64,000 nucleotides of DNA from Takakia lepidozioides (Eukaryota; Plantae; Bryophyta), in assembly GCA_030704615.1 (NCBI GenBank), contig CM060732.1:55614001-55678000 (forward strand), in the 5' to 3' direction. Position numbers and translations under genes: made by a program. Each line of letters opens with the position of its first letter. Position 1 is the stretch's first letter. Positions 1 through 12,700 of this stretch are shown here, one piece after another. The notes below the pieces were generated by a model that worked only from the letters and a program-made list of their open reading frames with translations, was not told the DNA's origin and made no database searches.

Positions 1-798
1 TATAATTTTTGCAAGGTAAATAGTGAAAGGGTAAGGGAAAAAAAAACTCTTCTTCATGCCTAAGTACTCGAAGGCCTTCACTCATTGACTCAAGCGTCCC
101 TTGTACAAGCGTCCTCCTTTTAGGGTACCATCTCCAATGGCGTACCATTATCCTACAAACATATTAGGGAATCGGGATGTAGCAAGGGCACACAATCCTG
201 CGTACATATCGTCTCCGAGGGGGTACCATTATCCTGCATACCATACAAGGGCTTCATTGCAGCAGGTACAAGTACCATTGCCCCTGTGTACCATAGAAAG
301 GGCATCATTGCAGCAATTAGATTGTAATTTCTCGATAAAGGCACTAGAAGAGGTTTTCGTTTTTATTGGCCTTCACTATAACCCTTAAGGTTACATATGT
401 GTGTATGATACCAAGGGTGTCAATCTCCTTACCATAAAAAGGCTTCACTCGGTGCACAAATGCACCACTTTCCTGGTGCATAAAAGGGCTTCAATGGCTG
501 AGTTTGTAGAGGAATTCGAGGGTTTGGTAGACTCTCATCCATGATGTTGATGAGAGAATTGCTCTTGATTAGGATGACACTTTATATGGAAGTTGCGTGG
601 AGGGGAATTCATATAGATATGTCATCCTATCAGCCCTAGACCTTAACAGTATATGTTACATTACATGGTCGTTCATTATTATCTTTGGTGTCATGAATAG
701 ATCGTGGTCATCCCTCATATTATTCACAACATATGCTACAGTCGGCCTCATACTACACCAAAAAATAGACCATAAACTGAAAGTGTAGATAATTTATC

Positions 799-983
799 TG
801 TCGCGCGCATACATATCGCTACACAACTACATCGCTGTCTAAAACCACACAACATATGTGCACACCAAACACTAGTCTATCACTAGTCCACCACTAGTGC
901 ACCACTAGGCTGCCACTAGACAACCACTAGCCACCACTAGTGCAGCCACTAGTCCACCACTAGGCTGCCACTAGTCCATCACA
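799..983 (-). repeat. Short LTR-like unit 'A' (TG...CA), second copy, with internal CCACTAG microrepeats
   Basis: Near-identical to 1284-1446; minus strand starts TGTGATGGACTAG and ends GCGCGACA. Confidence 0.65.
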
Positions 984-984
984 A

Positions 985-1160
985 TGATAAGGAAAGAAAT
1001 AATGCAAACATACAAGCTCTCTCAAACTCACACACTCGCACATGAACAAATCACTCATATATTAAGTCGATGGGGAATCCACACTACGGCGCCATAGCGA
1101 GACGCGGTGAGGCTCAACTCGAGAAAGATGAGCCCACCGCGATCTGTCGTGAAGATAACA
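985..1160 (-). repeat. LTR-like terminus 'B' (TGTTATCTTC...), partial copy
   Basis: Reverse complement of 9797-~9992; both copies begin at the same TG. Confidence 0.6.
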
Positions 1161-1283
1161 ACATCAGGTGCCCAAACATGTATTGGCCCCTGGATTGACA
1201 CTTGGATCAATCCCAAATGTCAATATATAAAAGCTAGCTATTTCCTAGCTAACTTCACACTTGTAGTAAAATAACTTGACAGT

Positions 1284-1446
1284 TGTCGTACGTATACATA
1301 TCGCTACACAACTACATCGTTGTCCAAAACCACACAACATATGTGCACACCAAACACTAATCTATCACTAGTCCACCACTAGTGCACCACTAGGCTGCCA
1401 CTAGACAACCACTAGCCACCACTAGTGCAGCCACTAGTCCATCACA
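1284..1446 (-). repeat. 3' LTR of DNMT-gypsy copy 1 (about 163 bp)
   Basis: Begins TGTG right after the polypurine tract; ends ACGACA where similarity to the 799-983 copy stops. Confidence 0.7.
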
Positions 1447-1458
1447 ATCGCCCCCCTA
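1447..1458 (-). promoter_or_regulatory. Polypurine tract
   Basis: TAGGGGGGCGAT immediately 5' of the LTR TG on the minus strand. Confidence 0.75.
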
Positions 1459-1563
1459 GCTGGCGCTTAGGTCCCTCTAAGTCCAGGTAGCCACAAGATG
1501 TAATAGTGGCCATAGCCTCACTAAGTCCTCCACCACTGTCCCTACTACACTCAAACTCAATAG

Positions 1564-1819
1564 ATCAAGAGGCCGGGTACAAGAGTTGCCCCATCGTTAG
1601 TCGCCGTCTTGCAACCTGGTATCCCAAGCAATATGGATATAACCAATCTCCATCAGGAACCCTCTCAAGAGGTGGTGTCAAGCATCCCATGTGTCAACCT
1701 CTTGAGCATCGATCACACACCAGCATAGTGCCGGCACCACGAGCATGCCCACATAGCATGCAACGCAACCCTGCAGGTACCACTGCAAGGGTGGGATCTA
1801 TCATCCCATCCACATGTGG
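1564..1819 (-). pseudogene. Integrase C-terminal PHD finger (degenerate; absent from the ORF track)
   Basis: Manual translation RCMLCGHARGAGTMLVCDRCSRG*HMGCLTPPLERVPDGDWLYPYC = C4HC3 pattern, with a TGA stop at the Trp position (1694-1696) and one Cys>Tyr. Confidence 0.85.
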
Positions 1820-2200
1820 AATGCAGCCCCCTCACTAGCCTTGTCAGGCAATGGAACCAACTCAATCCACTTGGAGAAGTGCTCCACCATCACCAACACA
1901 TATCTGTGGTGGCGCATCGTCAATGGCAACGGCCCTGCGAAGTCAAGACTCCACCTGTAGCCCAATCCCATGATAGGTAATGGATGCAACTGTGGTGTAG
2001 CGGCGTTGAATGAAGCACGCACCCTGTCACACACCATACACCTAGCCACGAACTATTGCACCTCTGTGTGCATACCACGCCACCAATACTGCCCCTGCAG
2101 TAAACTATGAGTGCGTCGCACTCCAAAATGCCCCAACTCCTCATGGGCATGCCGCACTAACCATGCACGCTGTGTTGGGTGAGGCACGATCCTCACCCGA
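1820..2200 (-). pseudogene. Integrase zinc finger and start of catalytic core (rest of core deleted)
   Basis: HAHEELGHFG...WWRGM...CMVC, WSLDFAGP, VEHFSKWIE. Confidence 0.9.
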
Positions 2201-2559
2201 CCATCCTCCCACACTCGAAGCAGATGTATCTCCTCCCACTTGAACCTCTTGGCTTGTTGCAGGATCCGATCCCTCTCCTTGGCAGTCACACTAGTTGTCG
2301 TGTCTCCAATGCGGAGGTAGTCCAACACAACCGAATCCTCATGTATATCTCTGGCACCACCTGGCTCATCACTAGCCTCAGGGTCCTCAGATACCCCGTC
2401 TATAGTCATCCCTGTTGTATGTCCAACCTGACCTCCCGATGCCAAGATACACAAAAAGGCAGATGCATGCCATCCCGACACCATCTCTTTGTCTGTCTCA
2501 CCATGCCACCGAGCTCCAGTGTCATCCTGCTGGCTCGTGCATGGATTGCGACTCAATCC

Positions 2560-3540
2560 ATCTGCATTCCTATTGACCAAACCCGGTCGATGCACAACCT
2601 AAAAGTCATACTCTTGGAGTATAAGTGTCCACCATGCAAGCTTCCCCGTAAGCTTGTCTGACTTCATCAACCACTTTAGTGGCTGTTGATCCGTGACAAG
2701 ACTGAAGAGATTGTCGTATAGATAGTACCTGAAGTGTGTCACGGCCCACACTGCAGTTAAGCACTCCCCCTTATATGAGCTAAACTTAGACTCTGCAGCG
2801 TTGTTCGAGCGGCTAGCATAAGCCACTACGAACTCTCTTCCCTCATCATCTACCTGTGTGAGCACCGTTCCAAGCCCCAGCATGCTCCAATCTGTATGCA
2901 CCTAAAAGGGACGCCCCCTGATAGGTCGTCTCAAGATCGGCGCCGAGGTCAACCTCGCCTTGAGCTCCTGAAAAGCTCGCTCTTGCTCATATTTCCACTG
3001 CCACTCCTGGTCTACCTTGGTTAGCTTGGTTAGAGCCTTTGCAATAGCACTAAATCCCTTGACAAACCGTTTATAGTAGTTTGCCAACCCCATGAAAGCT
3101 CAAACTCGGCTCACATCCGTGGGACGTGGAATCTGTGTGATGGCCTCTATCTTAGTCTGCTGCACCCCCAATCCTCCAGGATATATCATGTGGCCCAGAT
3201 ACTCAATCTGGTTGTGGAAGAACTTGCACTTCCCCGGATGTAATTTCAATCCGTGCGCTCTCAAGCGCTCAAACACCACCTGAAGGTGTCTCTCATGCTC
3301 CTCCACCGTAGCACTAAAGATGATGATGTCATCTATGTAGCACCGAGCAAAGTCTACCCCTGCTAGAATCCTGTCAATGACTCTCTGGAACTCTGCAGGG
3401 GCGTTCTTAAGCCCGAATGGTAAGAATCGCCACTGATATAGGCAATCCTTCCCGTGCTCATTGATCCCCCAGAATGTCGTCTTCTGCTTGTCCGCCTCCT
3501 TGATCGGCAACTGGTGATATCCAGACCACAAGTCCAGAGT
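2560..3540 (-). pseudogene. Gypsy RT (C-terminal part) and RNase H
   Basis: LDLWSGYHQ, PFGLKNAP, YIDD, YLGH, GLANYY, HTDWS, GECLTAVWAV, TDQQPL; several stops. Confidence 0.92.
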
Positions 3541-4345
3541 GTTGTTGCCGGTGTCTGCAATTCGTGGATATCAGCAGGCCTTGCCAGCAGACATCTCTTT
3601 GCTGGGGGCGCAGGATTTGGAGAGGGTTGGCTCCATTGATTTGGTAGTGGCAGGTTGGCCCTGCCAAGGGCATTCATCAGCCGGGCATGGCAATGGATTG
3701 CGAGACTCGAGGTCGGGTCTGTTTTGGGAGATGGTGTGGGTTTTGCGTCACTTACAGCTTCATCAAGTTGTATCTCCAGCATACATCTAGGAGAATGTGC
3801 CACTGATGGGCAATTCTCGGGCCAGGGTGATGGCCAGTATGCATCGAGTCCGGTCGTGGCTTGGGTCAGCTGCTGGATGCAGCTGCAGTGGGGTCACGGG
3901 CTCATCGTCCACGATTATGGTGGACTAACTTGATGCCACCCGCACTGCTCAAGCGTGCATTTGATGGGGTGCAGCGGCCAGCACACCTCACAGTGGATAG
4001 CATTTTGGACACAGGGAGGCAGTCTCAGCGTGTGAGACACGATGACCGTTTGTCTTTGGCAGTGGTCAACAAGGTGGGTTAACCACGAGCAGCACTACCT
4101 ACACTGCTCAGCTTCCCAGGATCGCATGCTTTCCGGGATGGTGGACCTAGCCTCCTGTGGGATGCTCAACTGCAACAGTTAGTGGAACCTAATGCCGACG
4201 AGCGAGAGCGGGCTATGGGTTTTTCCACTGGGACCACGGCGGTGCCTTCTCTTTCTGAGGCATCACGTCGTCAGGTGTTGGGGCAAGCGATGGATCTCAA
4301 TTGCTTGACCTGGATTATCCGCTTAGCTATGGCTGAGCAACGCCA
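3539..4345 (+). pseudogene. DNMT3-like C5-cytosine methyltransferase, motifs IV-X (inside the inverted segment)
   Basis: DLVVAGWPCQGHS, SGLFWEM, YI*ENV, AHRPRLWWTNL, ERERAMGF, RRQVLGQAM; stops and a frameshift. Confidence 0.9.
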
Positions 4346-4542
4346 CGGGGTGTAGACATCCATGGCATACGTGGGATGTGCTTGAGGTTCAGAGGGAGTT
4401 GGCAGCCAAGGCGGCTGTGATGGATGAGGTTGGGGATTCTTCTCGGGTTGAGGAGGTCCTCAAGGATGAGATGATGGGGCAGGATGAGGCCTTGTCATCA
4501 ACTGAGCAGGCAGGGAGTACTGCTCATGAGGTTGCGGCATAG

Positions 4543-5035
4543 CAACCACGGGACGCGTCTCCTACCTCTAAGTTTGCTGGACTTAAGGTTGCAGTTACAG
4601 AGGACAATTGGGAGCCTGACATTGGACCCATTGTCACTGGAGGAGAGAGACGACGTATATGGCGATTCCTGAGGGCTTACAGAAATTGCTTTGCCTTCAG
4701 TTTGAAGGATTTGGGAGCACTGAAGGGTCAGGAGATTCGTATTGAGTTGGCCATGAACACGCCAATCTTTCGGAGACCCTATAGATACAGTGACATGGAG
4801 AGGTCTTTGATTCAGATGAGGACTCGAGAGCTCTGGGAGGCTGGTTTGGTGGAGCTCTCTGGTGGAGAGTATACTTCAGCCACGGTGATGTCAGCCAAAA
4901 ATGATGTCTATGGCAATTGGACGGAGAGACGTATGTACGGTGATTACCGGCCTATAAATCGTCAGACCAAGTCTGATAAGTATGCCATGCCCACACCGGA
5001 GGAGATCTTTGATGCCATTGGGCATGCCAAGGTGT
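4543..5035 (+). pseudogene. Linker and RT N-terminus (inside the inverted segment), in frame after TAG 4540-4542
   Basis: PIFRRPYRYS...RMYGDYRPIN...DKYAMPTPEEIFDAIGHAKV; joins TLDLWSGY on the minus strand at ~3540. Confidence 0.88.
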
Positions 5036-5941
5036 ACTCGTATAACTGCCTGTAGAACAACAGCCAACCCGGTGCTGATCCCACCAAACAAGTCCAGAAG
5101 GCAAATGCCTTCATCCGGACACTGCCACACAATCGATGTGGTGTCCAATGGTGACAACTGAGGTGGTCTTGGTGCAATCCCTACACTGTCCTCCTCTCCT
5201 GACGGTACAAAAGCCTCTACCCAGGCTTGTTGCACACGACAATCAGCAACCCGCTGCAAATCCTTGCTCGAACCCCACAATGGAGTGTGAGCAACCATGG
5301 TAGGCAACTCCGTCATACCATACATGTCATCCTACTCTCCCGGAGGTGACACATCCTCTGAATGAGTGTTGCCATCCAACAACTCTCCAGGCCAAGTCAC
5401 TACAGCTGTGAATGCTGCCAGTGTTGGCATTTTGCCTCGCTGGGCAACCGCAACTCCTCCTATGAACGTCACAGGGAGCTGCACATGCCGGCCCTCCCTT
5501 GACTGTCATCCAGGCCTATAAGAAGCTGACTCCTCCCAAAAATCCAGGGTGAAGCCCATGGGGTATAACACTGCCCCACCAACAAGGACATCGTACGAGA
5601 CCGCGTCTGTCACAATGGCCTTGGCTCTCATCACTGAGGCATCTATAGGATGATTCGGCTGTAGTCTGATAGTCAACTCACGCCGTGTCATGCCCTGATC
5701 CTGCTCTAATCCTCCAAGAGATGTTTGTATCTGGAAAGGGCACAGCTCCATATCCACCTCCGTGAGGCCCAAGCCTGCAATAGCAACTTTGCCCAGCATC
5801 AATGGCTGAGCTCCCGAGTCCAACAAGACCCGCAGTGGCCGGTATCTCTTGCCTGCCGGTCCACTCAAACAGAAAATGTCATCCTGGTTGTCTAACATGA
5901 CAACTCCAGGTGTCACCATGGCGCGCTCAATGGCTGGCCTA
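5036..5941 (-). pseudogene. Aspartic protease fused in frame to DNMT motif I
   Basis: ORFs 5506-5919 (VLLDSGAQP, YDVLVG) and 4891-5325 (ICLLDLFGGISTG) share one frame, separated only by point stops. Confidence 0.88.
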
Positions 5942-5968
5942 ATAGGCTTCTGGCAGGGGTGAAATGAT

Positions 5969-6330
5969 GAGAGAGAGAGAGAGAGAAGACTCTGTCCAAG
6001 CCGGCGTAACTAAGAGTCACTTCACATTTCGGCTACTACCCCCTGTCAGGGGTGGGCCCTATAATAAAACTGGTGTCCTGGTTGGACACCGAGTAACTAG
6101 AGGTGTGAGTGCATTATGTGCCGGTGAGGTATGGTTGCGGGCGGCGGGGGGGGGGTGTGAGATGATGATTATAAGGGAGAAGAGAAGATGGGGCTGTGGG
6201 AAGGATTTAAGTTTTTGTAGTGCTTTAGAACGTGCTGGGTAACGGCTAGGGGGGAGCCTGAAGGTAGTAATGATTTGTGTGGGTGTGCGGGCGGCGGGAG
6301 GGAACGAGGTCAACACACTTCTGCAACGGG
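5969..6330 (-). mobile_element. 3' end of RLE-type non-LTR retrotransposon with (TC)n tail
   Basis: Homologous to 31108-31393 and 45626-45928; GGTGTCC/GGACACC hairpin; GA run. Confidence 0.8.
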
Positions 6331-6693
6331 ATACTAGCATAACTAACAAGGAGTTGTGCTTTGCGAAACTTTCTTACATGCTACGGTCTGATGTTTGTTC
6401 TATGCATTATTGGAACAAAGAGAGGATGTAGGTTGAAAATCTGTATTTCCTTAATATGCTTATGATATAAATTGAGTGTTGAGATTGTATGTGTTCAAGT
6501 ACAACATTCCAAGTACAGTGTCTCCATTGAAGTGTAGTAGACAAACAGCTTCAATGTCTGGACGATGCAATTATTTCACAGTAACACACACAAAAGTGTA
6601 TTCGTAGCAGTCATCAAATATGTAGTGCAATCTCTTTCATTCTCGGTTTCATTGAAAGATGTTGGCAAAAAAAATTGCCAAATTGAAATAGAT

Positions 6694-6878
6694 AAATCCC
6701 ACGGTTATAGGCCCCTCGGGTATAGGCACCATTTCTTTTGTAACTTGCTATGTGGGTCCAAGGTGATGTGGCGGGGGTACGCGCTGATGTGGCACTGTTG
6801 TATGTGGGGTCACGTCACGTCAGCAAAGTGTGGGCATGGGCTCACACGTTCACATGCTACGCTCACGCCGTAGGGTCG
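6694..6878. mobile_element. Terminus of a DNA-transposon-like repeat, same family as 47297-48784
   Basis: AAATCCCAC.GTTATAGG...TACGCTCACGC.GTAG.GTCG shared with 48617-48784. Confidence 0.55.
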
Positions 6879-6884
6879 CTGATA

Positions 6885-8220
6885 CGGTCCATGGTGATCA
6901 ATGGCTAAACATATGCATACTGTTGTCATGGTAGCCACAAGGCATGTTATTGGGGTTGTTAAGTTGGTTGCCTTGTAAATGGTATGTGATGAGGTGTCAA
7001 AGTTGACAATCAATCGTGGATTTCAGTTCATGCACCTTATGTTATATAGGGAAAATTGGGTGCGCACTTCTCTCTAGAGAGCATTGTGGAGGGGGGTGGA
7101 TCTGAAAATCTCACAAGAAAGATCATGGAAGCCCTCGTGATAGGTGGAGGCATGCCACAAGAGTGCATTAAAGAGAAACTTTTGAGCTTTTGGGGCTGAT
7201 GGAGTAAATGTCTTCTAAGGGGTCAGAAATGGACATGTCAGATCCATGATGTGCATGGCTCCCCCACTCTTTGGGGATACATTGCACGGCCGAATGCACT
7301 AACCTTGCGGTGCAACTTCTGTAAAACTTGGTCGTTGTAAGACCCGCATACATTTCTCAATTGTAAGATGTGGGGCAAAAACATGGTGTGGGATGCACGT
7401 AGAATAATGCACTACATACGCGCCGAAAACAAGATATACGTTAAATCACGCCAATATTTCTAGGTCACATCTAACTGGGAGATAACGCTATGTGCGAGAG
7501 GCATAACCAATCGGTGGGATAGAGAACAGTTTTGCTGGAATTTGGGAGGGCATTGGAGTGAGAGAAAGGAGAGGTTCTTCCGGCTACCAGAGGTTCCATG
7601 GATAGTTGACAATTTACTACAAACTTTGTACACCTATTGACCAAAGAGGCATGTGGAGTTTACAAAATTTGCTATGATCGTGGAAACGAAGATGAACAAG
7701 TTATTGAGAAATGTCAATACACATTAGATTTTTATGTTGAGCCCAACCAAGCATGTGAGAGCAGAATACTGTACCTTGCTCATGAAGATGGTCATAGACA
7801 GTGCTTGCAACAACAGTCAATCAAATGTCAACTATGAGTTTCTTTGTGACTTGCAAATTATGCTTGGTCTTGCTTGTATTTTGTCTTTGATAGGAGCTGT
7901 TCCAGCGTTGATTAAGTTTCCACAGATGCGAGATGTGGTTGTATGTGATGTAGTGGCAGCTGTCAATGTGATATTTTTACTATGTACAATGATCAAAACT
8001 CTGCCTATAAGTTAGACATGTTTTGGGCATTTTGATGTTTATTGGAGTATAACCATGACAACATACACATGCGTTGGGTCATCAATTTGAACATGGGGGT
8101 TCACCATCTTGCTTTTAAGGTTAATTGACAACACATTTGGGCTATGCACCGCAAGTTATTGGGGAAACACGATTTCTGACACAAGATATCCTTGCAAAAG
8201 TGGATCAGCTTGTCAAATCC
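6885..8220 (+). pseudogene. Degenerate hAT-like transposase
   Basis: Fragments CDEVS.VDNQSWISVH, FGADGVNVF, IHCTAECTNLAVQ, PKRHVEF, FLCDLQIMLGLACIL; many frameshifts. Confidence 0.65.
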
Positions 8221-9535
8221 TCGTCAAATCTGTAGGTGTACCTTTTCTCCTTCTTGAATTTTCTTTCAAACATTTGGATATTGATTAGTTTGTGGTTTTT
8301 GCTTAGCTATATTGAGAACTTGATCTTATGATTTGATATTGACTATGGGGGTTTGGATTGGGCTGTGTAGAGCTGTTGAGGCTCTTACGTGAGCTTGAAT
8401 GATGTTAATTTCCAGCCCATGGCATCATGCCTTGGGAATTGTCTACCCACAATACTAGCTTCAGCCAGAATGTTATTAAAGGTCGATAAATTGCTATCCG
8501 AAGATCGTGGTGGTAGGGGAAAGCAACATTCATTTGTCCAGTTCAACTCTAGACGAGCAACAAGACATAAACTGACTATGAAGAACAACGCTGCTGTGGC
8601 AATGGCTCGGATTTTTGACCTAATTCCTTGACTAGGATTTGGCAAAAATGATATTACAAATGAATAAACAAGCCTCACATTGCAATGGGCTCTTGCTTTG
8701 GCAAAACATAAGAGGAAGGGAATACTAGGGAGCATGACCAAGAACAACACACCAATTGGAGCCTTGACACGGTGTAAGGTCCTTTTTGCCCACATTTTCT
8801 CCGTTGACTTCAACATGATGCAAAGTCTCTTTCTACAAGACAAGCTACAAACTGCGAGTGGCTTTGTCCATTGAAGCAACAATTTTGACAAGTTGCCAAG
8901 AGTTTATACTCGGAGCTTTTTTAGACCAATCATACTCTTGACACGGTGTAAGGTCAGTTGAGCACAATTTCTCCATTGAGTTCAACATGTGCAAAGTCAC
9001 TGCCCTGAAGGGACAGAGCCAATAACAAGTCAATTAGCAACCCCATTATATGTAAGATTTGAGGACCACTGTCCCCTCTTGAAAAAATAACAACAAATAG
9101 TGAATAATAATTGCATAAATTTTAAAATCTCATTTTTTTTAAAAATGTCAAAAACTCATTATATAAATATGCTCTTAAATAACCAAATTATTCAATCGTT
9201 TTATGTTCCCTCACATGATTAACCTCTCAATGTCCATCTTTGACTTAAAGAAATCTCTAAGCAACTGTGTTGGAGTTTACAAGATTGGGGTATGAGCTAT
9301 GTGTTTTCATTCAGTCACCTTTCGTTTACAAGAGAAAACGAAATAAAAATAAAAATCCAAATTGTAGTAGTGATTCTAAGGGCAAAACTGGTTGCCTGCA
9401 TGCAAGCGATGGATGGGGACATCCGATAGGATAGAAACCCAGCCGGGTGGCTTTATTTTTTATTTTTTTAAGGGAAACACCTGGTACGACAGCTCACAAA
9501 TCAGGCCCCTTAATTATTGTGTGAGGTAAAATAAC

Positions 9536-9796
9536 CAGTGTTGGGCGGTTATTTGATTTCTTTCGTAACCTCCGGTTCCGGTTTCTACAAAATCTTAGGA
9601 TCAAAGATCCTCCGGTTCCGGTTTTTTTCAGATATTTTTAATGGAAAGAACCACCGGTTCCGGTAAATTGTAAGAACCACAAAGAACCGGCGGTTTTCAT
9701 CAAATAACCAGTGGGTCTTTGGCGGATCTTTGACGGTTTTCATGTTGGTTATCTCAAAACTATGTAACCGGCAATAATGATCTTTTGCCGGTTCTT
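9536..9796. mobile_element. MITE/hAT-like end with CCGGTT subterminal repeats, interrupted at 9797
   Basis: CAGTGTTGG start; repeated AACCGG/CCGGTTCCGGTT motifs. Confidence 0.45.
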
Positions 9797-12700
9797 TGTT
9801 ATCTTCACGGCAGATCGCGGTGGGCTCATCTTTCTCAAGTTGAGCCTCATTGCGTCTCACTATGGCGCCGTAGTGTGGATTCCCCATGGCGTGGGGTGCA
9901 CTTGGCTCGACTTAATATACGAGTGATTTGTTCATGTGCGAGTGTGTGAGTTTGAGAGAGCTTGTATGCTTGCATTATTCCTTTCCTTATCACTCGACAA
10001 AGATCAGCTCGAGTCTGTGAGTGTCAGGTTCGAGTTAGTTGTAGCACTTGTGTTTTCAGATCATGAGAAGCGGTTTAGCCTAGAGTGTAGGGAGCCGTGC
10101 ATGAGCCTATCCAAAGCGGATAGAGTGCAAAGGCGAACAGGTTGCAGGTTTGCCATGGGTAGCCTATGTTGAAGATCGGCGTTGCATAGCTCAACGCTAT
10201 GACAACCAAGTTTGGGCTTCTAGTGTGAAGTGAAGGAGATGCTGGCCACGAGTGAGCGAACTGGTGGTCGTCTTCTTCAGCTGCAGGCCGAGTTAGGGAG
10301 CTGCTGAAATGTGGGCTGCGCATGGGAAGTTTAACATGTTGCAGGTTAGAGATGATATGATCAGCTTCAGGTATCTGCCCGAAACGAGTTGTTGCATGTA
10401 CATGAGGAGCAGCCGAATGGCGGAGCTGCGAGGGGATACATCGCAGCCTGTTGGGAGCTGCAGCTCCAAGCTCATGAAGAGGTATGAGTGAAGAGAGGGG
10501 GCTGGTCCCTCTTGTGTGCAAATTAGTGCATTTGTGAAGTATGTGCTTGAGTTGGAAGTTTCAATCTGAAACTCTAGCACGGCGAGGGCTCTTGGAGTGG
10601 CAAGAGTGGGGCTGGAAGGGTAGTAGTGAGGCGTCTTAGAGCCAGGGAATGTGCAGTAGAACTGCAGGTACACCAAATTTATAAAAGTGTGTATTTTCAG
10701 ATTCACTTTTGTGAGTTTCGTGGAGAAATAGAGCTTGTTGGGCAGCATATAGCTTGCTTGTTGAGTTGGGGGCACTTCTAGTGGGCCGTGAGAGCTCAGG
10801 ATTGCAGGACGACGGGGCTGATGGCTCCGCAGAAGCCATAGCTTAGCGGCAGCAGGTGCAGGAGCAAACCCCAGCTTGGGGAGAGCTCGGGAACGCCTCG
10901 GGAACGCATGGGAACTTGTTGGAAGTTCCAGGGAACGCAAGGAATAGTGGCCGTGATGGACCGTTGGGGCGGTATCACGATATACCACGAGCCCAGATCG
11001 TGATGGTTGATCGTGACCGTTGACCGTGACCGTTGGAAGCCGTTGTGCGGACACAACGGGTTGGCACGGTGACCAGATCGTGAGGATGGCGGGCCATGAA
11101 GGCTCGTGGGAGTGGTACCACGGGGTATCACTGGGCAGCCCGTGGCCAACGAGCGCCTAGGGCGGGCCATGAGGAGTAGTGGTGGTTGGAGCCACGGAAG
11201 GCCGCGAACAGTTAGAGTGAAAATAAAAAAATAAAAAAATATAATCTTCTTTCACTCGTGGGACCTTGATGGGGAGGCTGGGCTCTGAAGGACAACGGTT
11301 TTGAGCTAGCTGATCCGGCAGAAAAGTCGGAATTGCCTCCCTGTTATATTTTAACAAAGGGGATTACTTCCCTGCAGGTAATCTTTTCGGGTTTTCAGCC
11401 CAGTTCTTAACTATGGGGAGACCAGCCTGCAGGTAATTCCTTTGGACAGAATGTTGTTGGGGCCTATATGTACCTCTATTTGCTCCATTTTTTAACCTTC
11501 AGTGAACGGCGTGGTTTCCTGAGGTGGTTCCAGAGGAATGGCTGGTGGACGTAAGGAGGCACTGGCGGACCCTGTGGAGGCTTGCATGGGACCTTGGAGG
11601 CCAAGTTTCATGAGCTCGTGGAGGGCGGTTTGAGGAGTGTCTACAGGATGCTCTCATGGTCATGCAAGTGAGAGAAGAGAGGAAAAAAGAGGGTGTTGGG
11701 ATGAGAGCGTGCTGGGGATAGGCATTGCTTTAGTTTCCCTTCCTCGTAGCTTTCCACCTTCTCTGTAGGCCGAGACCTTTCCGTAGGTGGAGGCAAGAGT
11801 CAGTCCGGGTTTGGGCTGGGTTGCAGGAGCGACACTGTGGAGTTGTTTTTGGTGTGGGGGAGTTGTTGTTTTCATTCTTGTGTTTGGATCCCCTCCACAC
11901 CTGCATGCTTGATTGTGCGCCATGCTAGTTTTGTGTGGGCGCTTGATTTTATAGGTGGTGAACTCAGGCTTGATCGCCGATCCCACCCTAGAGCATGCTA
12001 TCGATGGCGAGGCTGGGGTGATGACCAGTCAGACCATCTTTGTTTCTCTTGTGGTGAGGTTGGAGGTGATGACCAGCCAACCATAGGAGTGCCTGCGGTG
12101 GATGCAGGTGCAGGTGCAGGCTATGTTAGGAACCTAGTATTCCAAACCATAAGCCGCATCAGGTTTTCTACCCGGTTACCTTGTGGAGTGGGGGTTAGAG
12201 ACATGTTCATGACCGGTTGAGTGTCAGTTTGTCAACACGGAGGTGCCACTAGTTGCTAGGGAAAGTGCCGGTACGAGCACTAGCGATACTAGCGGGTATA
12301 CGAGACGAGGTGTGCGGTTTATGCCACCTCCACCTCCTGTGTCTTCTACGGAAGGTTCTGATTCAGATTGTGAATCAGGAAGACTCACACCGGCGGTGCA
12401 AGTTGTTTCCTTGCCATTGTTGTGGGACACGATGAAGGAGATGTATGGAGCCACCAAGGGGCCACGAAGGTACTCTAGGGCGGTGGGCACTATTGAGTTG
12501 GATGATTTTATCCAAGAGTTTGATAGTTGGTGTGACAATCCACAACTGTTTACGCCTTTCATGGCATGGAAGGGGTTGTTTCAGCACCTTGAGGGGCCGC
12601 CCATGGACAATTACCATGAGTTTAGGCGGGGGCACGATGTTGAGATCAAGGAGTGGAGGATGTACTGGTCACCCGACTATGTCTCTATCACTAGAGGCAC

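Larger units (their letters stand above)
1284..5941 (-). mobile_element. DNMT-carrying Ty3/gypsy retrotransposon, copy 1 (5'-truncated, internal inversion ~3540-5035): PR-DNMT-RT-RH-IN-PHD-PPT-LTR
   Basis: LLDSGA protease; DLFGG/PCQ/ENV/HRPR methyltransferase motifs; YIDD RT; HTDWS RNaseH; HHCC plus WSLDFAGP integrase; PHD finger; PPT followed by TG. Confidence 0.9.

Noticed and set aside
8385-9033. 168-aa ORF and possible decayed PPR
   Set aside because: No motif I can support in any frame
10075-11170. Antisense ORFs in the DNMT-gypsy leader
   Set aside because: No recognisable domain and no second copy in the window to test conservation
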